Source of the DNA: Pristiophorus japonicus
Taxonomy: Eukaryota
Length of the DNA: 64,000 bases
NCBI RefSeq assembly: GCF_044704955.1
Contig: NC_092000.1
Location: 6,076,001 to 6,140,000 of the forward strand
Reading direction: 5' to 3'
Both the position numbers and the translations under genes were made by a program. This document shows positions 1 through 11,852 of the stretch, piece after piece. Under the pieces are notes generated by a model. The model was given only the letters and a program-made list of their open reading frames with translations. It did no database searches and was not told the DNA's origin. Position 1 is the first letter of the stretch. Each line of letters starts with the position of its first letter.

Positions 1-562
1 AGTTACAAGCACAGACTGAGTGCAATCTCCCATCAATATACCAAAGTGCCGCGCTGAATGATAAACAGCAGTTGTTGAGCCATTATGGCCATTACCAATC
101 GCAGCAAAACCAGAACACTCTTCAAAATCATCATTGCTGTGGAAATTAGGTGATTTAAAACCAAGGCTATGTTTTCCAAGAATCTCCTGACTTGATTTTG
201 ATCACCAGAGGGGGGTTGGAGAGGAATTTTCCACTATTGGCCCTGGCGTTTTTTTTTTCTTCTTGTTCGACGAGATCACATGGCTGCTATTTACTAGTTT
301 ATTGAGGGAGGGAGGGAAGAGGGACCAAGTGTCTGGTTCTGATGCTCCGGCCATCACGAGTGTGGGGCAGGCTTGTTAGACCAGCTGGTCTTTTCCTGTC
401 CAGCAATTCCATTTGCAAATGATTCAAAGAGCAGCAGTTCAGTCACAGAACATCTGTACGCTACATATGAAAGAAAGTCTTGCATTTCTTTAGCGCCTTT
501 CACGAGCACCAAAGTGCTTTACAGCCAATGAAGTACTTTTGGAGTGTAGTCACTGTTGTAAT

Positions 563-3500
563 ATACCAGTTGTCGTGATGCATATAGGTACCAACAGTAG
601 AGGTAAAAAACAGGATGAGATCCTTCAAGATGAATTTAGGGAGCTAGGAGCTAAATTTAAAAGTAGGACTTCAAAAATAGTAATCTCAGGATTGCTACCA
701 GTGCCACGTGCTAGTCAGAGTAGGAATCGCAGGATAGCTCAGATGAATACGTGGCTTGAGGAGTGGTGCAGAAGGGAGGGATTCAAGTTCCTGCGACATT
801 GAAACCGGTTCTGGGGGAGGTGGGTCCACTACAAACCGGACGGTCTGCACCTGGGCAGGACCGGAACCAATGTCCTAGGGGGAGTGTTTGCTAGTGCTGT
901 TAGGGAGGGGTTAAACTAATATGGCAGGGGAATGGGAACCTATGCAGGGAGACAGAGGGAAATAGAATGGGGACAGAAGCAAAAGATAGAAAGAAGAGCA
1001 GTAAAAATGGAGGGCAGAGAAACCTAAGGCAAAAAGCAAAAAGGGCCAAATGACAGCAAAATTCTAAAGGGAAAGACAAGTCTGAAGGCTCTGTGCCTCA
1101 ATGCGAGGAGTATTCGGAATAAGGTGGACAAATTAACTGCGCAGATAGCAGTTAACGGGTATGATGTAATTGGTATCACAGAGACATGGCTCCAGGGTGA
1201 CCAAGGCTGGGAACTCAATATCCAGGGGTATTCAACATTTAGGAAGGATAGACAGAAAGGAAAAGGAGGCGGAGTGGCATTGCTGGTTAAAGAGGAAATT
1301 AATGCAATAGTAAGAAAGGACATTAGCTTGGATGATGTGGAATCAGTATGGGTGGAGCTACGGAATACCAAGGGGCAGAAAACACTAGTGGGAGTTGTGT
1401 ACAGGCCACCAAACAGTAGTAGTGAGGGTGGGGACAGCATCAAACAAGAAATTAGGGATACATGCAATAAAAGTACAGCAGTTATCATGGGCGACTTTAA
1501 TCTACATATTGATTGGGCTAACCAAACTGGAAGCAATGCGGTGGAGGAGGATTTCCTGGAGTGTATTAGGGATGGTTTTCTAGACCAATATGTCGAGGAA
1601 CCAACTAGGGAGCTGGCCATCCTAGACTGGGTGATGTGTAATGAGAAAGGACTAATTAGCAATCTTGTTGTGCGAGGCCCCTTGGGGAAGAGTGACCATA
1701 ATATGGTAGAATTCTTTATTAAAATGGAGAGTGACACAGTTAATTCAGAAACTAGGGTCCTGAACTTAAGGAAAGGTAACTTTGATGGTATGAGGCGTGA
1801 ATTGGCTAGAATAGACTGGCAAAGGATACTTAAAGGGTTGACGGTGGATAGGCAATGGCAAACATTAAAAGATCACATGGATGAACTTCAGCAATTGTAC
1901 ATCCCTGTCTGGAGTAAAAATAAAACGGGGAAGGTGGCTCAACCGTGGCTAACAAGGGAAATTAAGGATAGTGTTAAATCCAAGGAAGAGGCATATAAAT
2001 TGGCCAGAAAAAGCAACAAACCTGAGGACTGAGAGAAATTTAGAATACAGCAGAGGAGGACAAAGGGTTTAATTAAGAGGGGGGCAATAGAGTACGAGAA
2101 GAAGCTTGCAGGGAACATAAAAGCTGACTGCAAAAGCTTCTATAGATATGTGAAGAGAAAAAGATTAGTGAAGACAAACGTAGGTCCCTTGCAGTCGGAT
2201 TCAGGTGAATTTATAATGGGGAACAAAGAAATGGCAGACCAATTGAACAAATACTTTAGTTCTGTCTTCACGAAGGAAGACACAAATAACCTTCCGGAAG
2301 TACTAGGAGACGAGTGTCTCGTGAGACGGAGGAACTGAAGGATATCCTTATTAGGCGGGAAATTGTGCTAGGGAAATTGATGGGATTGAAAGCCGATAGA
2401 TCCCCAGGGTCTGATAGTCTGCATCCCAGAGTACTTAAGAAAGTGGCCCTAGAAATAGTGGATGCATTGGTGATCATTTTCCAACAATCTAATAACTCTG
2501 GATCAGTTCCTATGGACTGGAGGATAGCTAATGTAACATCACTTTTTAAAAAAGGATGGGAGAGAGAAAACGGGTAATTATAGACCGGTTAGCCTGACAT
2601 CAGTAGTGGGGAAAATGTTGGAATCAATTATTAAGGATGAAATAGCAGCGCATTTGGAAAACAGTGACAGAATCGGTCCAAGTCAGCATGGATTTATGAA
2701 AGGGAAGTCATGCTTGACAAATCTTCTGGAATTTTTTGAGGATGTAACTAGTAGAGTGGACAAGGGAGAACCAGTGGATGTGGTGTATTTGGACTTTCAA
2801 AAGGCTTTTGTCAAGGTCCCACACAAGAGATTGGTGTGCAAAATCAAAGCGCATGGTATTGGGGGTAATGTATTGACGTGGATAGAGAACTGGTTGGCAG
2901 ACAGGAAGCTGAGAGTCGGGATAAACGGGTCCTTTTCAAAATGGCAGGCAGTGACTCGTGGAGTGCTGCAGGGCTCAGTGCTGGGACCCCAGCTATTTAC
3001 AATATACATTAATTATTTGGATGAAGGAATTGAGTGTAATATCTCCAAGTTTGCAGATGACACTAAACTGGGTGACAATGTGAGCTGTGAGGGGGACGCT
3101 AGGAGGCTGCAGGGTGTCTTGGACAGGTTAGATGAGTGGGCAAATGCATGGCAGATGCAGTATAATGTGGATAAATGTGAGGTTATCCATTTTAGGGGCA
3201 AAAACGCGAAGACAAATATCTGAATGGCGGCAGATTAGGAAAAGGGGAGGTGCAATGAGACCTGGGTGTCATGGTTCATCAGTCATTGAAAGTTGGCATA
3301 CAGGTACAGCAGGCGGTGGAGAAGGCAAATGGTATGTTGGCCTTCATAGCTAGGGGATGTGTGTATAGGAGCAGGGAGGTCTTACTGCTGTTGTACAGGG
3401 CCTTGATGAGGCCTCACCTGGAATATTGTGTTCAGTTTTGGTCTCCTAATCTGAGGAAGGACGTTCTTACTACTGAGGGAGTGCAGCGAAGGTTCACCAG

Positions 3501-3955
3501 ACTGATTCCCGGGATGGCTGGACTGACATATGAGGAGAAACTGGATCAACTGGGCCTTTATACATTGGAGTTTAGAAGGATGAGAGGGGATCTCATAGAA
3601 ACAAAAAAGATTCTGACGGGATGGGACAGGTTAGATGCAGGTAGAATGTTCTCGATGTTGGGGAACAGTCTTAGGATAAGGGGTAGGCCATTTAGGACTG
3701 AGATGAGGAGAAACTTCTTCACTCAGAGAGTTGTTAACCTGTGGAATTCCCTGCCGTAGAGAGTTGTTGATGGCAGTTCATTGGATATATTCAAGAGGGA
3801 GTTAGATATGGCCCTTACGGCTAAGGGGATCAAGGAGTAAGGAGAGAAAGCAGGAAAGGGGTACTGAGGGAATGATCAGCCATGATCTTATTGAAAGGTG
3901 GTGCAGGCTCGAAGGGCCGAATGGCCTACTCCTGCACCTATTTTCTATGTTTCTA
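563..3955 (+). mobile_element. 5'-truncated CR1 LINE: ORF1 SGNH esterase C-terminus plus disrupted ORF2 (APE endonuclease and RT)
   Basis: HIGTN and DGLHL esterase motifs. ITETWL, MGDFN and SDHN APE motifs. YLDFQKAF and KFADD RT motifs. (TTCTATGT)n tail. TSD TGTAAT at 557-562 and 3956-3961. Stops and frameshifts in ORF2. Confidence 0.95.
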
Positions 3956-4194
3956 TGTAATGTGGGAAACGCAGCGGCCAATTTGCACACAACAAGCTCC
4001 CACACACAGCAATGTGATAATGACCAAATAATTTGTTTTTGTTATGTTGATTGAGGGATAAATATTGGCCCCAGGACACTGGAGAGAACTCCCCTGATCT
4101 TCTTCGAAATAGTGCCATGGGATCTTTTACATCCACCTGAGAGAGCAGATGGGGCCTCGGTTTAACGTTTCATCCAAAACACATCCCTTACGAC

Positions 4195-4410
4195 AGCACA
4201 GGGCTCCCTCAGTACTGCCCCTCTGTCAGTGCAGCAGTCCGTCAGAACTGCCCCTCCAACAGTGCGGCACTCCCTCAGCACTGCCCCTCAGACAGTGGGT
4301 GCTCCCTCAGCACTGCCCCTCGACAGTGCGGTGCTCCCTCAGCACTGCCCCTCAGACAGTGGGTGCTCCCTCAGCACTGCCCCTCGACAGTGCGGTGCTC
4401 CCTCAGCACT
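4195..4410. repeat. 33-bp SINE-internal minisatellite (~6 units)
   Basis: Repeated CAG(C/T)ACTGCCCCTC(C)GACAGTGCGGTGCTCCCT. Confidence 0.85.
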
Positions 4411-4737
4411 GCACTGGGAGTGTCAGCGTAGATTTATGTGCTCAAATCCCTGGAGTGGGACTTGAACCCACAACCTTCTAACTCAAAGACAAGTGTGCTA
4501 CCCAGTGAGCCATAGCTGACACTGAGAGACATAGGTTAGCCACCCTTGCTTGAAGGGAGCTGAACAATACACAAATATATTACGGGTAAGTAATTTTGTT
4601 TCATATTATGTCCCGTGACATATCCCTCAAATTTTTACATTTACGTAATATAGCGTGAAAGACAGTAGACAGGGCTAAAAACACATAATTCTCCAAGGAT
4701 GGATGATATTTCTTCCCAAGTAATAGGAGAGACAACA

Positions 4738-5335
4738 TGAGAACATAAGAAATAGGTGCAGGAGTCGGCCATTCGGCCCCTCGAGCCTGCTCCGCCATTC
4801 AATACGATCACGGCTGATCTTCGACCTCAACTCCACTTTCCCGCCCGATCCTCATATCCCTTAATATCCAAAAACCTATCGATCTCTGTCTGAAATATAT
4901 TCAACGACTGAGCCTCCACAGCCCTCTGTGGTAGTGAATTCCAAAGATTCACGACCCTTTGAGTGAAACAATTTCTCTTGATCTCAATGGCCGACCCCTT
5001 ATTCTGAGACTGTGACCCCTGGTTCTAGACTCCCCAGCCCGGGGAAAACATCCTCCCTGCATCTACCCTGTCGAGCCCTGTGAGAATTGTGTATGTTTCA
5101 ATGTGATCACCTCTCATTCTTCTAAACTCGAGCGAATACAAGCCTAGTCTACTCAATCTCTCCTCCGAGGACAATCCCCCCATCCCAGGAATCAGTCTGG
5201 TGAACCTTCGTTACACTCCCTCTATGGCAAGTATCCTTCCTTGGGTAAGGAGCCCAGAACTGTGCTCAGTACTCCAGGTGTGGTCTCACCAGGGCCCAAT
5301 ATAATTGCAGTAAGACGTTTTTACTCTTATACCAT
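4738..5335 (-). mobile_element. CR1 3' fragment
   Basis: Tail repeat GAACATAAGAA and reverse-strand RT C-terminal homology. Confidence 0.85.
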
Positions 5336-5609
5336 TGAGAAAGGATGAGATTTGTAAGGCTTTGATGTTCCTTATGAGTGAGTCAGGGATAACTTATCAT
5401 GAAGGAACTTAACGATTAACTGTCTAACAATAACCGAGTGAACAGTAGCCATTGAGACTCAGAAGGGAAAGTTTTTCCGTGACTATTATGAAGATGTGAC
5501 ATCCCAAATGGACCAGGGAAAACCCTATGACATGGTGTACCTAGAGCTCTAAAAGGCATTAGTTAAAGTTGTACAAGAAAGGTGACTATGGGTTTGTTTT
5601 GTAGATATG

Positions 5610-5897
5610 TTACTGGACGAGTGATCCATGGAATGCGAGTTCAAATCTCACCATGGCAACCTGAGAATTTGGATTCAGTTAAAAAAAAACTGGTATCAAT
5701 AAAGTGACAATGAAGCTATCGAATTGTTGTAAAAACCCAACCTGTTCACTAATGTCCTTTCGGAAAGGAAACCTGCTGTCCTTACCTGATCTGGGCCTAT
5801 ATGTGACTCCAGTCCCATAGCAACGTGGTTGACTCTTAATTGGGTAATAAATGTGGCCTTGCCAGTGATACCCAAGCCTGACAATGAATGAATAAAA
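5610..5897 (+). mobile_element. Second shark SINE family (further pieces at ~42090-42230, 42384-42520, 42610-42800)
   Basis: B-box-like GAGTTCAAATC. Core GTCCTTACC...GGCCTATATGTGACTCCAG...GTGGTTGACTCTTAA is shared with 42615-42672. Confidence 0.55.
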
Positions 5898-5965
5898 CAT
5901 GTTTCAATTATTTTTTTAAATGTTTGGGATGATTTAAGCAAATTTACAATTGGAAAATGTAGACT

Positions 5966-7580
5966 TACATAAGAACATAAGAAATAGGAGCAGGAGTCGG
6001 CCATTCGAGCCTGCTCTGCCATTCAATGAGATCACGGCTGATCTTCTACTTCAACTCCACTTTCCCACCCGATCCTCATATCCCTTGATTCCCCAAGAGT
6101 CCAAAAATCTAACGATCTATCTCTTGAATATACTCAATGACTGAGCCTCCACAGCCCTCTGGGGCAGAGAATTCCAAAGATTCACCACCCTCTGAGTGAA
6201 GAAATTTCTCCTCATCTCAGTCCTAAATAGCCGACCCCTTATCCTGAGACTGTGAGCCCTGGTTCTAGACTCCCCAGCCCGGGGGAAACATCCTCCCTGC
6301 ATCTACCCTGTCAAGCCCTGTAAGAATGTTGTATGTTTCAATGAGATCACCTCTCATTCTTCTAAACTCTAGAGAATATCGGCCTAGTCTACTCAATCTC
6401 TCCTCATAGGACAAAAAAAAACAAGTAAAAGGGAATATTATTTGAATGGGGAGAAATTACAACATGCTGTGGTGCAGAGGGACCTGGGGGTCCTTGTGCA
6501 TGAATCCCAAAAAGTTAGTTTGCAGGTGCAGCAGGTAATCAGGAAGGCGAATGGAATGTTGGCCTTCATTGCGAGAGGGATGGAGTACAAAAGCAGGGAG
6601 GTCCTGCTGCAACTGTACAGGGTATTGGTGAGGCCGCACCTGGAGTACTGCGTGCAGTTTTGGTCACCTTACTTAAGGAAGGATATACTAGCTTTGGAGG
6701 GGGTACAGAGACGATTCACTAGGCTGATACCGGAGATGAGGGGGTTACCTTATGATGATAGATTGAGTAGACTGGGTCTTTACTCGTTGGAGTTCAGAAG
6801 GATGAGGGGTGATCTTATAGAAACATTTAAAATAATGAAAAGGATAGACAAGATAGAGACAGAAAGTTTGTTTCCACTGGTCGGGGAGACTAGAACTAGG
6901 GGGCACAGCCTCAAAATACGGGGGAGCCAATTTAAAACCGAGTTGAGAAGGAATTTCTTCTCCCAGAGGGTTGTGAATCTGTGGAATTCTCTGCCCAAGG
7001 AAGCAGTTGAGGCTAGCTCATTGAATGTATTCAAATCACAGATAGATAGATTTTTAACCAATAAGGGAATTAAGGGTTATGGGGAGCGGGCGGGTAAGTG
7101 GAGCTGAGTCCACGGCCAGATCAGCCATGATCTTGTTGAATGGCGGAGCAGGCTCGAGGGGCTAGATGGCCTACTCCTGTTCCTAATTCTTATGTTCTTA
7201 TGTTCTTTTGACAATACCCCATCCCAGGAATCAGTCTGGTGAACCTTCGCTGCACTCCCTCTACGGCAAGTATATCCTTCCTTAGGTAAGGAGACCAAAA
7301 CTACACAATACTCCAGGTGTGGTCTCACCAGGGCCCGATATAATTGCAGTAAGACGTTTTTACTCTTATACTCAAATCCTCCTGTAATAAAGGCCAACAT
7401 ACCATTTGCTTTCTTAATTGCTTGCTGTACCTGCAGGTTAACTTTCAGTGATTGGTGTACAAGGTCACCCAGGTCCCCCTGAACACCAACATTTCCCAAT
7501 CTCTCACCATTTAAAAAATACTCTGCTTTTTAATTTTTCCTACCAAAGTGGATAACGTCACTATTTCTCCACATTACACC
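5966..7580 (-). mobile_element. CR1 3' fragment, interrupted by a + strand CR1 at 6415-7209
   Basis: Colinear reverse-strand CR1 sequence on both sides of the insertion. Confidence 0.85.
6415..7209 (+). mobile_element. Young CR1 3' fragment nested in an opposite-strand CR1
   Basis: Uninterrupted 221-aa RT C-terminal ORF (6442-7107), (TTCTTATG)n tail, TSD GACAA at 6410-6414 and 7210-7214. Confidence 0.9.
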
Positions 7581-8397
7581 CCATCACTTATATTATGTCC
7601 TTCCTCAGTCTTTTCCTACCCATGTTTCGTCCGTTCTTTCTGATAATCTAGCAGTTTCGAATTCCAGAATTATCTTTCTTTTGTCTCAATCTCGTCTGAA
7701 GCATCAATGTCGCTTCGAAGGAATATGGCCAGAACTCCTCACAATGCCCCAATTGTGGCCTCGCCATGGGATGGAAATCATGCCATTCCAGTTGAGAGTG
7801 AAATGTTCAATTGCCAAGTCATCCCTCATAGCTTCTGGTTATCTTAAGACTGTGCTTCAAAGTGTAGCATTAATTTTAAATCCAGAAATACTTTCGTTCG
7901 CTTTTTTATGTCAGCATATAATATTTTCTCCTTCTGAACCCTCTCGGCAAGCCTTCCATGTCAGAGCCGAGTCCAGCGTGTTTACCATGCAGATGTCACA
8001 TACCCTAAGACTCTGCCTCAATTGTTTCAATGAAAGGATACTGATCTTACACGAACCTTAGGAATGAATCTGTGTTTAAAAAAGCAGCCTTAAAGTTCCA
8101 CTTTGCAATCCATAACTTTTGACATCAAGAGCATGTGAGAAGCTCGAGATGATTACAAAATAATCATTCAGAAAATCTGGCTCCATAAATAAAATTGCTG
8201 GCAGAGATGATGCAAAACCTTGGAAACAGCACTAACAACTTCAAAAAATACAATAACTTGTTTACTTACCATTTTTAAAATGTAGCATTGAGCCTGCTCA
8301 TCGCCCTGTTCCCCGAAATAAATATTACATCGATTTGTTTGTAACCACAATTCCAACAAACAAGCAATGTTTAAAATATACTGTAAGGTCTTTTAAA

Positions 8398-10035
8398 GAA
8401 AGACTAGGATTGATATAGCGCCTTTCACAACCACTGGACATCTCAAAGCGCTTTCCAGCCAATGAAGTACTTTTGGAGTGTCGTCACTGTTGCAGGAAAC
8501 GCGGCAGCCAATTTGCACACAGCAAGCTCCCAGACACAGCGATGTGGTACTGACCAGATCATCTGTTTTCTTGTTATGTTGATTGAAGGATAGATATTGG
8601 TCAGGACTCTCCTGCTCTTCTTTGAAATAGTGCTGTGGGATCTTTTACTTCAACCTGAGAGGGTAGATGGGGCCTCGGTTTAATGTCTCACCCAAAAGAC
8701 GGCATCTCTAACAGTGCGGCACTCCCTCAGTACTGCCCCTCCAAGAGTGCGGCGCTGCCTCAGTACTGCCCCTCCGACAGTGCGGCCCTCCCTCAGTACT
8801 GTCGCTCCAACAGTGCGGCGCTCCCTCAGTACTGCCCCTCCGACAGTGCGGCCCTCCCTCAGTACTGTCGCTCCAACAGTGCAGCGCTCCCTCAGTACTG
8901 CCCCTCCGACAGTGCGGCCCTCCCTCAGTACTGCCCCTCCGACAGTGCGGCACTCCCTCAGTACTGCCCCTCTAACAGTGCGGTAATCCCTCAGTACTGC
9001 CCCTCCAACAGTGCGGCACTCCCTCAGTACTGCCCCTCCAACAGTGCGGCGCTGCCTCAGTACTGCCCCGCCGACAGTGCGGCACTCCCTCAGTACTGCC
9101 CCCCCGACAGTGCAGCGCTCCCTCAGTACTGCCCCTCCGACAGTGTGGTGCTCCCTCAGTACTGCCCCGCCGACAGTGCGGCGCTCCCTCAGTACTGCCC
9201 CTCCGACAGTGCGGCGCTCCCTCAGTACTGCCCCTCCGACAGTGCGGCGCTAACTCAGTACTGCCCCTCTAACAGTGCGGTACTCCCTCAGTACTGCCCC
9301 TCCGACAGTGCGGCGCTCCCTCAGTACTGCCCCTCCGACTGTGCGGCGCTCCCTCAGTACTGCCCCTCTAACAGTGCGGTACTCCCTCAGTACTGCCCCA
9401 CCGACAGTGCAGCGCTCCCTCAGTACTGCCCCTCCGACAGTGCGGCACTCCCTCAGTACTGCCCCTCCGACAGTGCGGCACTCCCTCAGTACTGCCCCTC
9501 TAACAGTGCGGTACTCCCTCAGTACTGCCCCTCCGACAGTGCAGCGCTCCCTCAGTACTGCCCCTCCAACAGTGCGGCGCTGCCTCAGTACTGCCCCGCC
9601 GACAGTGCAGTACTATCTCAGTACTCCCCGCCGACAGTGCGGCGCTCCCTCAGTACTGCCCCTCCGACAGTGCGGTGCTCCCTCAGTACTGCCCCTCCGA
9701 CAGTGCGGTGCTCCCTCAGTACTGCCCCTCCGACAGTGCGGCGCTCCCTCAGTACTGCCCCTCCGACAGTGTGGTGCTCCCTCAGTACCGCCCCTCCGAC
9801 AGTGCAGCGCTCCCTCAGTACTGCCCCTCCGACAGTGCGGTGCTCCCTCAGTACTGTCCCTCCGACAGTGCGGTGCTCTCTCAGCACTGCCCCTCCGACA
9901 GTGCGGTGCTCCCTCAGTACTGCACCTCTGACAGTGCGGTGCTCTCTCGGCACTGCACTGCACTGTCAGCCTGGTTTTATGTGCTCAAGTCGCTGGAGTG
10001 GGACTTGAACCCACAACCTTCTGACTCAGAGGCGA
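8398..10035 (-). mobile_element. SacSINE1-like SINE with a large internal minisatellite
   Basis: SINE tail at 8398 and B-box region near 9995-10030 flank the array. Confidence 0.85.
8710..9950. repeat. 33-bp minisatellite (~37 units)
   Basis: Unit CAGTACTGCCCCTCCGACAGTGCGGCGCTCCCT. It produces the spurious (SAALPQYCPSD)n ORF. Confidence 0.97.
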
Positions 10036-10354
10036 GAGAGAAATATACATTTAATTAGAAAGAAATCTGCATTTAATGTTGAGAAGCAAAGTTACTACCA
10101 AGTTTGAAAAGAGTTGAGAGAATATGGTGCAAATGAAGAAGTTGTGATTATATGATGCCAAGTTAGGGTTTTGAAGATTGAAGGCTGAGGGAGGTGAGGC
10201 AGTTGCACAGTTTCGATGGGCTGGGAAAGCAAATGTCCAATTCGAGTAGGATCTGGTGCAATGAGACTTGGATTCAACACAGGGAACAGAAAAAAAGTGT
10301 ATAGGATGCTTTACTTGGAGCACAGCTTATTATCTGACCAGTTAACATTCTGGT

Positions 10355-10940
10355 CCAAAACTCGGCTGCCCCGCGTCCCAACTCACACCGAGTCCCGCTC
10401 ACCCATCACCCCCTGTGCTCGCTGCCCCGTGTCCTAACTCGCACCGTGTCCCGCTCACCCATCACCCCTGTGCTCACTGCCCTGTGTCCTAACTCGCACC
10501 GTGTCCCGCTCACCCATCACCCTTTGTGCTCACCGACCTACACTGGCTCCCGGTTAAGCAACGCCTCGATTTCAAAAGTCTCATCCTTATTTTCAAATCC
10601 CTCCATGGCCCTCGCCCCTCCCTATCTCTGTAATCTCCTCCAGCCCCACAACCCCCCGAGATGTCTGCGCTCCTCTAATTCTGCCCTCCTGAGCATCCCT
10701 GATTATAATCGCTCCACCATCGGTGGCCGTGCCTTCTGTTGCCTGGGCCCCAAGCTCTGGAACTCCCTCTGTAAACCTCTCTACCTCTCTTTCCTCATTC
10801 AAGATGCTCCTTAAAACCTGCCTCTTTGACCTTGGTCACCTGCGCTAGTTCTACTTCTGCAGCTTGGTGTCAAATTTTTTGTCTCATAATACTCTTGTGA
10901 AGCGCCTTGAGATATTTCGCTATATAAATACAAGTTGTTG
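10355..10940 (+). mobile_element. L2 LINE 3' end with a ~56-bp internal tandem repeat (~3 units, 10362-10532)
   Basis: Translates LHWLPVKQRLDFK and GGRAF...PKLWNSL. Tail TATATAAATACAAGTTGTTGTT. Confidence 0.85.
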
Positions 10941-11208
10941 TTACTGATCAGTCACCAGAATTTTCATAAAATTGGTTGGGGTGTGGCGGGGGGAGTAAAC
11001 TTCCACGGTGGTACTCTTGCATGTCCGGTCTTTCAGTTGTTTTCTTGGTGTTGCTGGGGTTCTTCCGTCATGGTTACGGCAGACGTGCGGGAGAACCCAT
11101 GTGGAAATTCAACCAGCCGGTTTCACCCGACGTCAACATGTTGTTGGAGATATCCATGCCTATCATCAATCCTCAATTTGATCCACCCAGTTGCTTCCCT
11201 GCCAGAGA

Positions 11209-11672
11209 TCATAGAACCATAGAAATTTACAGCACGGAAGGAGGCCATTCGGCCCATCATGTCTGCGCCGGCCGGCAAAGAGCTGCCCAGCCTAATCTCA
11301 CTTTCCAGCTCTCGGCCCGAAGCCCTGTAGGTTACGGCACTTCAGGCGCACATCCAAGTACTTTTTAAATGTGGTGAGGGTTTCTGCCTCTACCACCCTT
11401 TCAGGCAGTGAGTTCCAGACCCCCACCACCCTCTGGGTGAAGAGATCTCCCCTCATATCCCCTCTAAACCTCCTACCAATTACTTTAAATCTATGGCCCC
11501 TGGTTGTTGACCCCACTGCTAGGAGAAATACGTCCTTCCTATCCACTCTATCCAGGCCCCTCATAATTTTATACACCTCAATAAAGTCTCCCCTCAGCCT
11601 CCTCTGTTCCAAAGAAAACAACCCCAGCCTATCCAATCTTTCGTCATAGCTAAAATTCTCCAGTCCAGGCAA
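11209..11672 (-). mobile_element. CR1 3' fragment, divergent subfamily (related pieces at 43845-44305 on + and 47100-48483 on -)
   Basis: ORF 11298-11672 reads RLGLFSLEQRRLRGD...WNSLP. Confidence 0.85.
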
Positions 11673-11852
11673 TATTGTGTGTACAGATCACAAGCCAGAT
11701 GGATAGTCACCTGGAGCTCAAATTTCAATGGAAAGGCAGTGGCCCATTTAATAAATGCAACAGTCAAATAGAATCATCACTCACTCTAACTTCGTTGTTT
11801 ATTCCACCAATTTATTTTGAATACATTTGATTCAGCAGCGAGTCATCATTAT

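Larger units (their letters stand above)
470..4522 (-). mobile_element. SacSINE1-like DeuSINE (tRNA head, Deu-like core, L2-like tail), split by a CR1 insertion (parts 470-562 and 3956-4522)
   Basis: Head TGTCAGCTATGGCTCACTGGGTAGCAC on - strand near 4520 and tail ...TGCAAGACTTTCTT near 470. Same family as about ten other copies in the window. Confidence 0.8.

Noticed and set aside
1-136. Possible - strand exon (NDDFEECSGFAAIG...) after CTAATTTCCACAG
   Set aside because: Truncated by the window edge with no recognisable homology, so it cannot be supported.
7681-8061. 126-aa ORF in unique DNA, and a GTATCCTTT motif on - at ~8033-8041
   Set aside because: No ATG start, recognisable homology or matching U12 branch site.
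8270-8380. Possible - strand 111-nt exon ending ATG|GTAAGT
   Set aside because: The peptide is unrecognisable, the pyrimidine tract comes from a SINE tail, and I found no compatible partner exon.
8710-9950. 33-bp repeats as a CRISPR array, or the 441-aa (SAALPQYCPSD)n ORF as a gene
   Set aside because: Units are head-to-tail with no unique spacers, there are no cas genes, and the array lies inside a SINE. The ORF is open only because the unit is a stop-free multiple of three. The same applies to the other four arrays.
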